DNA of 63,669 nt, filler included, from Octopus bimaculoides (taxonomy: Eukaryota), in the NCBI RefSeq assembly GCF_001194135.2. It is 6 parts of 5 records of this genome, joined end to end, with 100 filler letters (N's around TTAATTAATTAA, not from the genome) between each part and the next. Parts side by side here need not be neighbours in the genome. Positions count along the whole stretch, not along the records: positions 1 to 22,839 come from NC_069000.1; 5 more parts are not named here. One strand, written 5' to 3'. How positions within the stretch are numbered: the stretch's first letter is position 1; every line of letters starts with the position of its first letter. Positions 1-10,215 of the stretch are shown here, in pieces. Below the pieces are notes generated by a model, which worked only from the letters and a program-made list of their open reading frames with translations, did not search any database and was not told the origin of the DNA. The translations under genes were made by a program, and so were the position numbers.

Positions 1-6
1 GTGGTG

Positions 7-60
<54 letters not shown>
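1..60. repeat. (GGT)n/(GTA)n trinucleotide microsatellite
   Basis: Direct reading of the sequence. Confidence 0.95.
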
Positions 61-61
<1 letters not shown>

Positions 62-62
<1 letters not shown>

Positions 63-275
63 CAGGCAGCAAGCTGGCAGAAACAGTTGAGTAAAATGTT
101 TGGGCGGCATTTCGTCCCTCTTTACGTTCACCGTTCAAATGTTGCCGGGGTCGACTTTGCTTTTCATCCTTTCATAGTCTATAAAATAAGTACCAGTTGA
201 GCACACTGAGGTCGATGTAGCTGACTTACCTCCACCCAAAATTGCTGACTGTGTCAAAATGTAAAACCATTATCA
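62..275 (+). mobile_element. SINE family C (GAGCTGGCAGAA head; TTTCATCCTTT..GTCGATAAAATAAGTACCAG core, resembling Deu/Nin-domain SINEs), degenerate
   Basis: Matches better-preserved copies in the window (e.g. 24205-24415, 33985-34195). The Nin/Deu assignment is from recalled motif similarity. Confidence 0.75.
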
Positions 276-904
276 TTATCATCATTTTCCCTATTATTAT
301 GAAACAATTAGGAGTGGGGCAGGGGAAATGATAAAAAAAGATTTTTTATCTTTTTTTGTTACGGTTATCAACACTATTTTAATCTACACTCTCGATAAAA
401 TATCTACAACATTTCAAAACAGTATTGAAAAAAATATTTCAAACAAATCAGAAAGGCAGTTTCAGGAATTTATAAGAGAATAAAGGTGATGGAATGGAGA
501 ATGTGTATTATGTACATTGAATAAGTTTATGCTTATGTTAAACCAATGTCAGATTTTTTAAAACTGTGAGCACTTAGGAAAATATAGATGGGAAAATAAG
601 TACACGACATTAGGAAAGTCCAACATAAGTTAGAATTTCTGTCTTAGGATTTTCCCAAATAATTTCGTTATCCCACATTTTAAATGATCATTTCTAAATA
701 CATGATCTTTAAATGTCTCCCAACCTCCTCACACGCTTTCAGGATCACAACTATGATTAAACTTTGCTTTTATTTTTTTCATGCTTAATGTTATTTTTCA
801 TCATTTTATTGTATTATGAAACACTTCTAATTTGCATTTTTTTTTTTTAAATTCTTAACCCCTTTCTCCCACTTCAATTTAACTTTTAATATTTTTCTTG
901 TTTC

Positions 905-1110
905 TGCCACTAGGCTGCGATGAAGTGGGGGCACTACCTTGAAGAATTTTAGTCAAACTCATCAACTCCAGCCCTGATTATTTTGTAAAGTCTGGTACTT
1001 ATTCTCTCTGTCTCTTTTGCCTAACTGTTAAGTTACAGGGATGTAAACACACCAACATCAGCTGTCAAACAGTAGTGGGGGGACAAACTCATACGCAAAG
1101 ACACACACAC
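905..1110 (-). mobile_element. SINE family A, 3' half only
   Basis: Reverse complement of the tail module ...GTAACTTAGC...ATAAGTACCAG... also seen at 41650-41867. Confidence 0.75.
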
Positions 1111-1115
1111 ATAGA

Positions 1116-1572
1116 TACTCTTACTCTTTTTACTTGTTTCAATCATCTGACTGCGGCCATGCTGGAGCACCGCCTTTAGTTGAGCAAATCTACCCCAGAG
1201 CTTATTCTTTGTAAGCCTAGTACTTCTTCTATTGGTCACTTTTGCCGAACCGCTAAGTTACGGGGACGTAAACACACCAGCATCGGTTGTCAAGCGATGT
1301 TGGGGGGAGACAAACACAGACACACAAACATATACACACATACATATATATATACAGTTTCCGTCTACTGTCTACCAAATCCACTCACAAGACTTTGGTC
1401 AGCCCGAGGCTATAGTAGAAGACACTTGCCCAAGGAGCCATGCAGTGGGACTGAACCCGGAACCATGTGATTGGTANNNNNNNNNNCACTTGCCCAAGGA
1501 GCCATGCAGTGGGACTGAACCCGGAACCATGTGATTGGTAAGCAAGCTACTTACCACACAGCCACTCCTGCA
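1116..1572 (-). mobile_element. SINE family A, near full length (tRNA-like head GGCTGTGTGGTAAGTAGCTTGCTTACC...GGGTTCAGTCCC, central TA/CA microsatellite, tail ...GACTGAAACAAGTAAAAGAG)
   Basis: Box A/B-like head and CORE-like CTTGGGCAAGTGTCTTCTACTATAGCC; many copies in the window. A 54-bp stretch is duplicated across the 10-N gap. Confidence 0.9.
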
Positions 1573-1597
1573 CCTATATACATATATATATATACCA

Positions 1598-1855
1598 TCA
1601 TCATCATCAGTTAACATCTGTTTTCTATGCTGGCATAGGTTAGATTGTTTGACTGAAACTGGTAAGCAGGAGAGCTGCACCAGGCTTCAGTCTGATTTGG
1701 CTTTATATATATATATATACATCACACACGAAAGACTCAGTTTTCATCTACCAAATCCACTCACAAGGCTTTGGTTAGCCTAAGGCTACAGTAAGAAACA
1801 CTTGCCCAAGGTACCATACAGTGGGACTAAACCTAGAACCATGTGATTGGGAAGT
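1598..1855 (-). mobile_element. Composite of a family A head and a truncated family E tail ending in (GAT)n, joined by a TA microsatellite
   Basis: 1735-1855 matches family A heads; 1598-1700 matches the element at 55207-55360. Confidence 0.7.
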
Positions 1856-4387
1856 GAATTGTCATTTTATTGTTTTACAAACTTCTGTAAAATCTTATCC
1901 ACACTTTGGTCATGTGGGAACTGAAAAAAAAAAAAATGATGCTTAATACTTAGTGTGACAAATTATGCATATTTTTATTTCCTCTTTCATGTGTTTTCAC
2001 TATGAATACTTCTTTCCCGAGTAAGTGAGTGGCATTATTTTGTTGTACAATGGAAGGAGATGGGGGTTACGGATTTAAAACAAAATGTGTACAAGTGCTA
2101 TAGAATGTGGAATACAATAAAATGATGCATAGAGAAAAATAAGAATTTTACTGATAGCTGCTCTCATGAAGGTATAATGAAATGGGGGGGGGGGGCATTT
2201 TGAAAATTTTTATCCTTCACTTCTTTTAGTCATTGGACTGCAGCCATGCTAGGGCACCACCTTGAAGGGTTTTAGCAGAACAATTTGACCCCAGTACTTA
2301 TTCTAGTGGTTGTCCTTTCCTCTAGCTCTAAGTTACAGGGACAAACAAAAAATATTGATTGTTAAACACCAAAAATTATTCAAGTATTTTATTAGCAGCC
2401 TCAACTACAAAGTTGAGGAAAAATTTCTTGAAAAAAAAAAAGCTATATACTTGTCACCTAGGTTTCAAACTCTCTCAACTTCAACAACTTATCTGACCAA
2501 TTTTTACTCCTTAAGATGATGCAACAGTACAAAACGATGGTGCAATACTTGCAATGCAAGCTTCTTACCATGCTGCCACATCTTCAGCTTTGGATTATTT
2601 TTTGTTTTTAAAACTTTTCTTTCCATCCCTATAGTTTTGGAATGTGGACTAAAAAATGAACTTTGGGAAAGTCCCGACAAAATCATAGAAATTCCAACTT
2701 AATTCCTGCCATAAGTAGCATGCATTTAAATAATGAAGTGAATGGGATTTCCCAAAACTGAAAATAACTTTAAATTAACTACCCCAAAAATTTTTTGATA
2801 TGTAGGATGAAAGTAATTATACGTAATTTAACATGGGCGAAAGCACACAGAACCATGTGATGAGTAAATGTAGATAATTTTAAATGATATTAATTTGAAA
2901 GTTATGATTTAAATAGGATAGAATTAAACGAATTGTAAACTAAAGCTAGACCAAAAACTTTTGCTTAGCCATGATTCAAGTTTGGATAAAGCTTTATAAA
3001 ATGTGAGTGGAACCCGTTACTGAGCAGTCTCAAAACTTCGCAGGATTCTTGTGCAGGTAATTTAGACAGTTAACGAAAATCTGTTGCTGTAGCTCTAATT
3101 CTCCTATTTTGCTGTAGTCGCATTAATCAGCAGATTATCACTTATTGACGAAAAATACATCTTTACTAAAATGCGAAGAACCACACCAGGTCTGCCCCCA
3201 AGGTTTCATTAGAAGATACAGTTACGCAAATTGAGCTTTTGCGCAGTTACTCGACTAACTAGAAATAGCAGCAGAGTTTCTTCAACTCAGACCCGACAGA
3301 TTTAATAAAAGGTAGATACACTGGTTGATGTTGCACAAGATATACAGTAAGTCAGGATGATCGCGGTTGAAACAGGTTTTTACAAAGCTCTGCTTATCTA
3401 GCTCAAACCTGAGGTTAAAAAACGTAGAAAACGCGATTATAGTATGTTAAATAAAATAAAAATTTGATTAAGTTTCGGTGAAATTTTCAAATCTAAAATC
3501 TGATACACATCTACTTAAATGATCCTTGGAAGCATCCCACTCGACAATTCGATTCAGCCGCTGTCGATCTATTACGGAATAAATATTCAGCATGCCGTCT
3601 ATGGTGGTTATAAAATTGGCTGTCCAGGTTGGCCAACTGTGTTTTGGACAGGGTGCTGCTGTGGGTGGGGTGAAAAGGCCTGAATATCGGCACACCTAAG
3701 CAGAATTTAAACACAGAGCAGAAAAAGAAACAACGAAGTGCCTCGACCGGCACATCTATCTCACTAATCTACCTCTCGAAACCTGTACTTTGTCAACTCC
3801 GAAATTGAGCTCGGCAGGATTCGAACTCAAGGATCGCACACAAAACCAGAATGACTTAACATCGCATGAAATTCTATCCTAACAGCTTAACAACCCTATA
3901 ACTTCGCAGAAATAAACCAATTAAATAAATAAATAAATAAATAAACAAATCAAATAAATAAGAAAACTAATAAAACAAATAAAACAAGACGAAGGGCAAT
4001 AACCGCGATTAAACCATTTTTGCAAAAATTTCAAGTATCGGAAACTCGAACGGACGTCGTACAAATAAAATAGACAGGTTAGTAAGAAAATATGTAATTT
4101 AATAAATGCTTATTCATTCAGATGATCGGATGGTATAAAGAATTATGTTTATTTATTCAATTCAAAGTATGACAATAAAAAATACTTCAAAAGTTGATAT
4201 AAGCTTCAATTTAGTACAGACCACACATAAAATAAATACATCGGAATGGGTCGTTTGCACGCCACAAATTCATTCTTCGGATCTGACACTCTATTCTATT
4301 TACGTAAAATCCGATTTATTAAATTATGAATGGCTCTCTTAGGCTGCTTAGCAGTACGTGAGCATCTAAAATGTAAATGACACTTAC

Positions 4388-4438
4388 CCAAAATTGTGAA
4401 GAATTGCCACATAACTGCTCCCAAAAGTCGTTAGCCAT
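4388..4438 (-). CDS. ABCC1: Probable first coding exon of a long-type ABCC (MRP1/ABCC1-like) transporter: MANDFWEQLCGNSSQFW
   Basis: ATG at 4438-4436 in a strong Kozak context (agtATGg), with an in-frame TAA six codons upstream. A strong phase-0 donor TGG|GTAAGT follows the Trp codon. The peptide matches the (F/L)CG..S.FW start of ABCC1/2/3, whose exon 1 also ends at this Trp (ABCC3 MDALCGSGELGSKFW|, ABCC2 MLEKFCNSTFW|). Only 17 aa are visible and exon 2 was not found in the window. Confidence 0.6.
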
Positions 4439-4602
4439 ACTACGGAGAATAGCTTATGATGTTGAATGTTAATTGCACGCTGCTGTTTGAGGTAGTAGTT
4501 GATGTGACGACTGTATTTCTGATAATGTTTACACTGTCACTTAATTCTCCTATTTTATGATATTAATCAGCAAGTTATCGCTTGTGATAGGCCAAGACTT
4601 AC

Positions 4603-4720
4603 GGAACAGGCGTCTCATACCTCAAGCTGCCTGACCGTTCCTTCGTTTCCCCCCTCAATCTATTATTAGCTCACACCTTGTTTTCTTTTCGCTTCTATCA
4701 ATAAATACTTATCTGCCTGT
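4603..4720 (-). other. Candidate non-coding 5'-UTR exon of the ABCC-like gene
   Basis: Minus-strand donor CC|GTAAGT at 4602-4597 and acceptor ATCAG| at 4519 define an 84-nt intron. The polypyrimidine tract is weak and the 5' boundary is a guess. Confidence 0.35.
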
Positions 4721-4721
4721 T

Positions 4722-4755
4722 CGCGCGCGCGCGCTCACACACACACACACACACA
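4722..4755. repeat. (CG)6 plus (CA)n alternating purine-pyrimidine tract (Z-DNA prone) at the putative promoter
   Basis: CGCGCGCGCGCGC at 4722-4734, followed by CA repeats. Confidence 0.85.
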
Positions 4756-4974
4756 AATAAACACACATGGTGGTTGGGTGTGTATGTAATTATGACGTTA
4801 GCATGGCTGAGTGCTTAAATTTGTTCTGCTAACATGAAGGCCCCAGTTCGATACTATTGCTGAACTCTCGCAAACGATGTTGGATTATTTAACAGCTTCT
4901 GAGATAATCCTTCAGTAATTGTTTTAGGTACCCATATAGTTGGGGAGAAAACACAACTTTGCAACCTCTCGCCC

Positions 4975-5222
4975 TTTTTAACATAATGCACATTGTTGCA
5001 GCTTTCGAACGGCGCCACCCTGCTGGCTAGGCGGAGAGTTTAACATTTTCAATGAACGGAACGCCAGTCCGTCGTAGGGTTGCATATTTACAGCTGAGTG
5101 CTCCGGATCAGCCTGTAATGGTGTGTTTTACTCAAGAACACAACGCATTGCCGGTGAGGGAATCGAATCCACAATCCTGCGATTGTGGGCGAGTGGACAC
5201 CCTAACCACTAGGCCACGCGCT
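4975..5222 (-). mobile_element. tRNA-derived CORE-like SINE (family D variant)
   Basis: The minus strand reads CGCGTGGCCTAGTGGTTAGGGTGTCC...GATTCGATTCCC (A/B boxes), then GTTGTGTTCTTGAGTAAAACAC. Confidence 0.75.
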
Positions 5223-5284
5223 TTCGTATATGCGCGCGCTCACACACACACATACGCGTATATGTATGTATGTACATACATGTG

Positions 5285-5320
<36 letters not shown>

Positions 5321-5391
5321 TACGACAGTAGACTATATATAAGTTGTGGTAGGCTATGGCTTGCCCAATGTGCAACACAATAGGACTGAAC

Positions 5392-5760
5392 TCGTAACCG
5401 TGTTAAGAAGCTCGCCTTTCCGTCACATGGTTCCGTGTTCAGTTCCACTGCGTGGCTCCTTGGGCGATTGTCTTCTACTATAGCCTCGGGTTGACCAAAG
5501 CCTTGTGAGTGGATTTGGTAAACGGAAACTGAAAGAAGCCCGTTGTGTATGTGTGCGTGTGTATTCTTTTATTTGTTTCAGTCATTTGACTGTGGCCATG
5601 CTGGAGCACCGACTTTTGTCGAACAAATCGACCCCAGAATTTATTATTTGTAAGCCTAGTCCTTATCCTACCTGTCTCTTTTGCCGAACTGCTAAGTTAC
5701 GGGGATGTAAACACACCAACAACGGTTGTCAAGCAATGGTGGGGCGGACAAACAAACACA
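5392..5760. mobile_element. SINE family A with the head on + (5392-5545) and the tail half on - (5560-5760)
   Basis: The two modules have opposite orientations around a TG microsatellite. Confidence 0.75.
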
Positions 5761-5847
5761 CACACACACACACACGTCTACATAACAGCCTACCAACAAC
5801 TCTACCTGTGTATGTATAAACTGTGTGTATTGGGGTATGACTACCTT

Positions 5848-6090
5848 CTACGTACATTTCCTATTTAGTACTGGGGATGTTTCGTTTATGAGGAGGTACT
5901 CCTGTATTTGTCTGAGTTTTGGGTCCTTCAGGTGCTTGGATAAAATGCAGATCTCAAGTTGACCCAGTGTGCTTCCATGTTTGTTTTTGGCATGTTGGTA
6001 GACTGGGACTGACATCAACCTGTTCTGCCATATCAGAGTCCTTGCAATGAGGATCATCCGCCCCACCCCACTATACTTCTCTTAACAAAG
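5848..6090 (-). mobile_element. Penelope-like element remnant, GIY-YIG endonuclease C-terminal half
   Basis: ORF ...VYQHAKNKHGSTLGQLEICILSKHLKDPKLRQIQEYLLINETSPVLNRK fits the H..H...IL...R.I.E..I....P.LN pattern of PLE endonucleases; judged by eye. Confidence 0.5.
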
Positions 6091-6244
6091 CGAAAAGTCC
6101 TGTCAGAGGGCTCCAGTCAAACTGGGCAAAGTGATGCTGACTCCCTCCCCTCTCTGTTGAATTGCACAATCACTCGATTAACTGTAGAAAGCAGGATCTC
6201 ACACCTCAGGTAATGCACGACTGGACCAGGAAACCACATATGGA

Positions 6245-6640
6245 ATGAGCAGGACTAGTGTTTCATTTGGCAGATTGGATGAAAGGCTGTGAAAAAATAA
6301 GTATGTTTCTATACGTGTCAAATGCAAGATATACCAGGTTATAGTGGTTACTTCACTGCTGTGTTGAGCTGAAACCTGGACTGTCTATAAAGCTCAAGTA
6401 GGCAAGTCACGTGTATATATGATGAGACAACTGCAACAAATTATGAATATCAGCCTCTTTGAAAAGATCAGGAATGAAGAGATCCTACGGACTCTGCTCT
6501 GCCACCTGTGATCAAAATCCTCATTGACAGAAATTTATGTTGGTTGGGTCACGTAGAGAGGAAGGATAATAACAGACACCTCAGATAAATCTTTACTCCC
6601 AACATTGCAACAGGAAAAGAAACGATGGAAGACCTATATG
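6245..6640 (+). mobile_element. RTE-clade LINE fragment (post-RT region), degenerate
   Basis: Translates with stops and frameshifts to KCKIYQVIVVTSLLC*AETWTVYK...IMNISLFEKIRNEEIL...RNLCWLGHVERKDNNR...GRP, typical of RTE ORF2 C-termini. Confidence 0.8.
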
Positions 6641-6644
6641 GCTA

Positions 6645-7050
6645 TTTAAAGGTACTGCAAAAATGAATACGACCCGCTCGGTGGAGCGCGAAGAATTAGA
6701 TTTTTCACGACGACAATGCTCCCTGTCACCGAGCTCTCCTCGCACGTGAGTTTCTTGACAAAAACGACATAGTATCGTTTCCGTATCTGCCCTATTCGCA
6801 CCTTGCAGGCTTCCATCTCTTCACCAAGATAAAAATGCAGCTCAAAGGTTGCCGTTTTAACACCATTGTCGAGGTCCAGAGCGAATCGCAGAAGGTCCTT
6901 GACTCGCTTACAGAAAACGACTTCCAGGCCAAATTGCAAAAGTGGCAGGAACGCAGTCACCGGTGTGCTGCTGCACAAGGTGACTATTTCGAAGATGATG
7001 TTAAAACTTTGGTAAAGTTATAGTCCAGGAACCTTTTTATATCACTTCAT
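6645..7050 (+). mobile_element. Mariner (DD34D-type) transposase 3' fragment with degenerate right TIR
   Basis: DNAPCHRALLAREFLDKNDIVSFPYLPYSHLAGFHLFTKIKMQLKGCRFNTIVEVQSESQKVL...KWQERSHRCAAAQGDYFEDD. TAGTCCAGGAAC at 7021 is the approximate reverse complement of the left end at 44211. Confidence 0.85.
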
Positions 7051-7051
7051 A

Positions 7052-7096
<45 letters not shown>

Positions 7097-7124
7097 ATGT
7101 ATGTATATATACACACGTCTGTAC

Positions 7125-7535
7125 TACCTTTTTACAGCTGGTGTTGGTGTGTTTACGTCCCTGTAACATAGCGGTTCTGGAAAAGAACCCGATAGAAAAA
7201 GTAACAAGCTTAAAATATAAATAAGTACTGGGGGGTCGATCCATTCGACTACAAATCCTCCGAGGGGGTGCCCCCAGCATGGCTGCAGTCTAATGACTTA
7301 AACAATTAAAAGATAAAAAGATATATGTAAGGTGAGCTGGCAGAATCGTTAGCACCGCCGGACAAAATGCTTACCGGTATTTCGTCGGTCTTTACGTTCT
7401 GTGTACAAAGTACGTCGATGTCGACTTAGCCTTTCATTCTTTAGGAATCGATGAAATAAGAAACAGTTGAGCACTGTAACGATATAATTGACTAACCCCT
7501 GTTCCGAAATTTCAGGCCTTGTGCCTATAACAGAA
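7125..7535 (+). mobile_element. Family A tail (7125-7320) followed by a family C SINE (7330-7535)
   Basis: Similarity to other copies in the window. Confidence 0.8.
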
Positions 7536-7554
7536 AAGATGTGTGTGTGTGTCA

Positions 7555-7735
7555 CGTGGCCGACCGGATTATCAGATGTTGTTACACATCGCTAGTCACA
7601 ATCCTCTTTTGCATCATCTTAGCCTTTGAAGGATGCCACTCCGCTGGAACAACGTGAAACGAATGGAACAACGTGAAACGAAGTGTTTTGCTCAAAACAC
7701 AACGCGCCGCTCGGTCTGAGTATCGAACCCACTAT
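7555..7735 (-). mobile_element. Degenerate CORE-like SINE fragment (family D variant)
   Basis: GAAGTGTTTTGCTCAAAACACAACGCGCCG...GTATCGAACCC is the reverse complement of a B box plus CORE-like segment. Confidence 0.6.
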
Positions 7736-7802
7736 CATATATGTGCGCGCGTGAATGTGTGTATATATGTAGGTATGTACGTATGTATGTATGTATATGT
7801 GT

Positions 7803-8185
7803 GGAGGCGCAATGGCCCAGTGGTTAGGGCAGCGGACTCGCGGTCATAGGATTGCGTTTTCGAATCCCAGACTGGGCGTTGTGAGTGTTTATTGAGCGAA
7901 AACACCCAAAGCTCCACGGGGCTCCGGCAGGGGATGGTGGCGAACCCTGCTGTACTCTTTCACCACAACTTTCTCTCACTCTTACTTCCTGTTTCTGTTG
8001 TGCCTGTAATTCAAAGGGTCAGCCTTGTCACACTCTGTGTCACGCTGAATATCCCCGAGAACTACGTTAAGGGTCCACGTGTCTGTGGAATGCTCAGCCA
8101 CTTGCACGTTAATTTCACGAGCAGGCTGTTCCGTTGATCGGATCAACTGGAACCCTCGACGTCGTAAGCGACGGAGTGCCAACAA
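7803..8185 (+). mobile_element. SINE family B, full length (tRNA-like head GGAGGCGCAATGGCCCAGTGGTTAGGGCAGCGG; tail GACGGAGTGCCAACAA); resembles octopus OR-type SINEs
   Basis: Clear A-box and B-box-like head; near-identical copies at 9135, 13003 and 51745. Confidence 0.92.
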
Positions 8186-9134
8186 ATGTATGTATGTATG
8201 CATGCATGCATACAGACACGAATATTTTCAAGTATTTCTGTTTATAAAATAATTTTGTGGACGGAATAAGAACTCATAACCGATCACTGGAACGCTACAT
8301 CAGAGAGTAGGATAACTGAAGAAGAGAGAGAGGCACTTTCTATATAACAGTTAATAAAGATTCAGCAAGCCTGGATATGTGTATCCGACTTTATGTGCAT
8401 TATATGTGGGATTTTATTTACCCAATGTGTTCCTTTTATTTTTCAGGCAATGAGCTATCATTTCTTGCAATCTGAGTGACTGCGTGCAAGCTCGGTTGTT
8501 GGTTCCGTGGAGCTTTAGCCCTTCCGTTTGATGCTCTGAAGCGATAGGAATGTGAAAAGACTGTTGCCATTGTTGTTGTTGTGATTGATGATGACGACTG
8601 TTGTGGTGGTGGTGGTGGTGGTGGTGGTGGTGGCGGCGGCGATGGTTGTGGTAGTGGTATTAATGAACATATTTTTGTCACTATATTGTTGTAGTACGAA
8701 GTTTTGTTTCTGCAGGAATTTCTGTTAATTCCATACAATTGCTAGAGTTAAATCATTTGACTCAAAGGCATTGTCCATGTTGTTGTTGCTGTTGCTGCTG
8801 TTATTAGAGGAAGCGTCAATGTTGGTGCTATTATTTAGTTCCAGGCCAATCTTGTTGAGCAAAACCTATGATTAAAGGCATTTAATTCTATGATTAAAGA
8901 TCATCATTCCATATTTCTCTTAGTCACAGAGCACCAATAAGCTCATTATCTTACAAGGTCCTTTTTTCTATGACGGTAAAGTGTGATTTGAAGGCGATTT
9001 GGCTGTTGTTTCTTACAAATCGAATATCCACGAAGTGGTTCCTGCTTGGCTCGTGTCATTTTGCACTCTAGTCATGGTCGAGCAGATTTATGGCCTACAG
9101 CACTCCAGCTGTGACCATCCCTCTATCTGGAATA

Positions 9135-9489
9135 TGTTGCTGTTGGCACTCCGTCGCTTACGACGTTGAGGGTTCCAGTTGATCCAGTCAACGGAACAGC
9201 CTGTCACAGACACGTGTACCCTTAACGTAGTTCTCGGGGATATTCAGCGTGACACAGAGTGTGACAAGGCTGACCCTTTGAAATACAGGCACAACAGAAA
9301 CAGGAAGTAAGAGTGAGAGAAAGTTGTGGTGGAAGAGTACAGCAGGGTTCGCCACCATCCCCTGCCGGAGCCTCGTGGAGCTTTAGGTGTTTTCGCTCAA
9401 TAAACACTCACAACGCCCGGTCTGGGAATCGAAACCGCGATCCTATGACCGCGAATCCGCTGCCCTAACCACTGGGCCATTGCGCCTCC
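9135..9489 (-). mobile_element. SINE family B with a small internal deletion
   Basis: Reverse complement of 7803-8185, lacking ~35 bp. Confidence 0.92.
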
Positions 9490-9791
9490 ACATCTGGAAT
9501 ATATATAAGGATTATATGGTTCTATGTGTCCTTCCTTTGCCAGGACATTTGTGTATGGTTTAAGATAAATTTGGCTGTTATTCCAAACTCATTAATTGGT
9601 TCGCGTTTTCTTCGTTGTTATTTAGTCCTCTGGGCAATCCTAAATGACAATGTCCTGCACTTTTTAAAGCAGCAGAGTGTGATTTGGAGCATAAGTGCAG
9701 GAACGAAATTTGCTTAGGGGAGTTCAAGTCCAGGTTCAAATTTTTTTACAAAGTCGATGTTTCTCACTCTTAATATCAAAACAAGCATATG

Positions 9792-9827
<36 letters not shown>

Positions 9828-9834
9828 TGTTGAT

Positions 9835-10035
9835 CGATAGAATCGTTAGCACACCGGGAAAAAATGCTTATCGTCATTTTGTCTGTCTGAATCCAAATTC
9901 CATCGAGGTCCAATTTTGCCTTCTGTACTTTCTGGAATCGATAAAATGAGTACCAGTTGAACCCTGGAGTCGACGTAATCAAATTACCCTTCCTCCAATA
10001 CTGCTGGCCTTGTGCCAAAATTTGGAACCATTATT
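9835..10035 (+). mobile_element. SINE family C following a (TAA)n tract
   Basis: AGAATCGTTAGCAC..GGAAAAATGCTT...CGAGGTC..TTTGCCTT...GATAAAATGAGTACCAG. Confidence 0.75.
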
Positions 10036-10215
10036 ATATTTGGTCATCAACCAAATCACATCGCTCCAATAATGGAAAAACAATGTTTGAAATCAGGCCA
10101 AAAATGTTACCCTGTTCATTTCTTGCATTCTAGATACTGCCGTTTCTGCTTCAATGCCTGCTGGATCTGATATACGGTTATAACTCTTTTCAGCCGATCA
10201 AATCTAGTTTCATAA

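Noticed and set aside
1423-1540. Exact 54-bp direct repeat around a 10-N gap
   Set aside because: Overlapping contig ends that were not merged; assembly artefact.
2390-2690. Possible hAT BED-finger (MWQHGKK...HCKYCT, minus strand) or mariner DYFLF motif (plus strand)
   Set aside because: Needs frameshifts and supports two incompatible readings; too degenerate to call.
8430-8560. Strong plus-strand acceptor TTCCTTTTATTTTTCAG| at 8446
   Set aside because: All frames stop within about 10 codons and no convincing donor follows; insufficient support for an exon.
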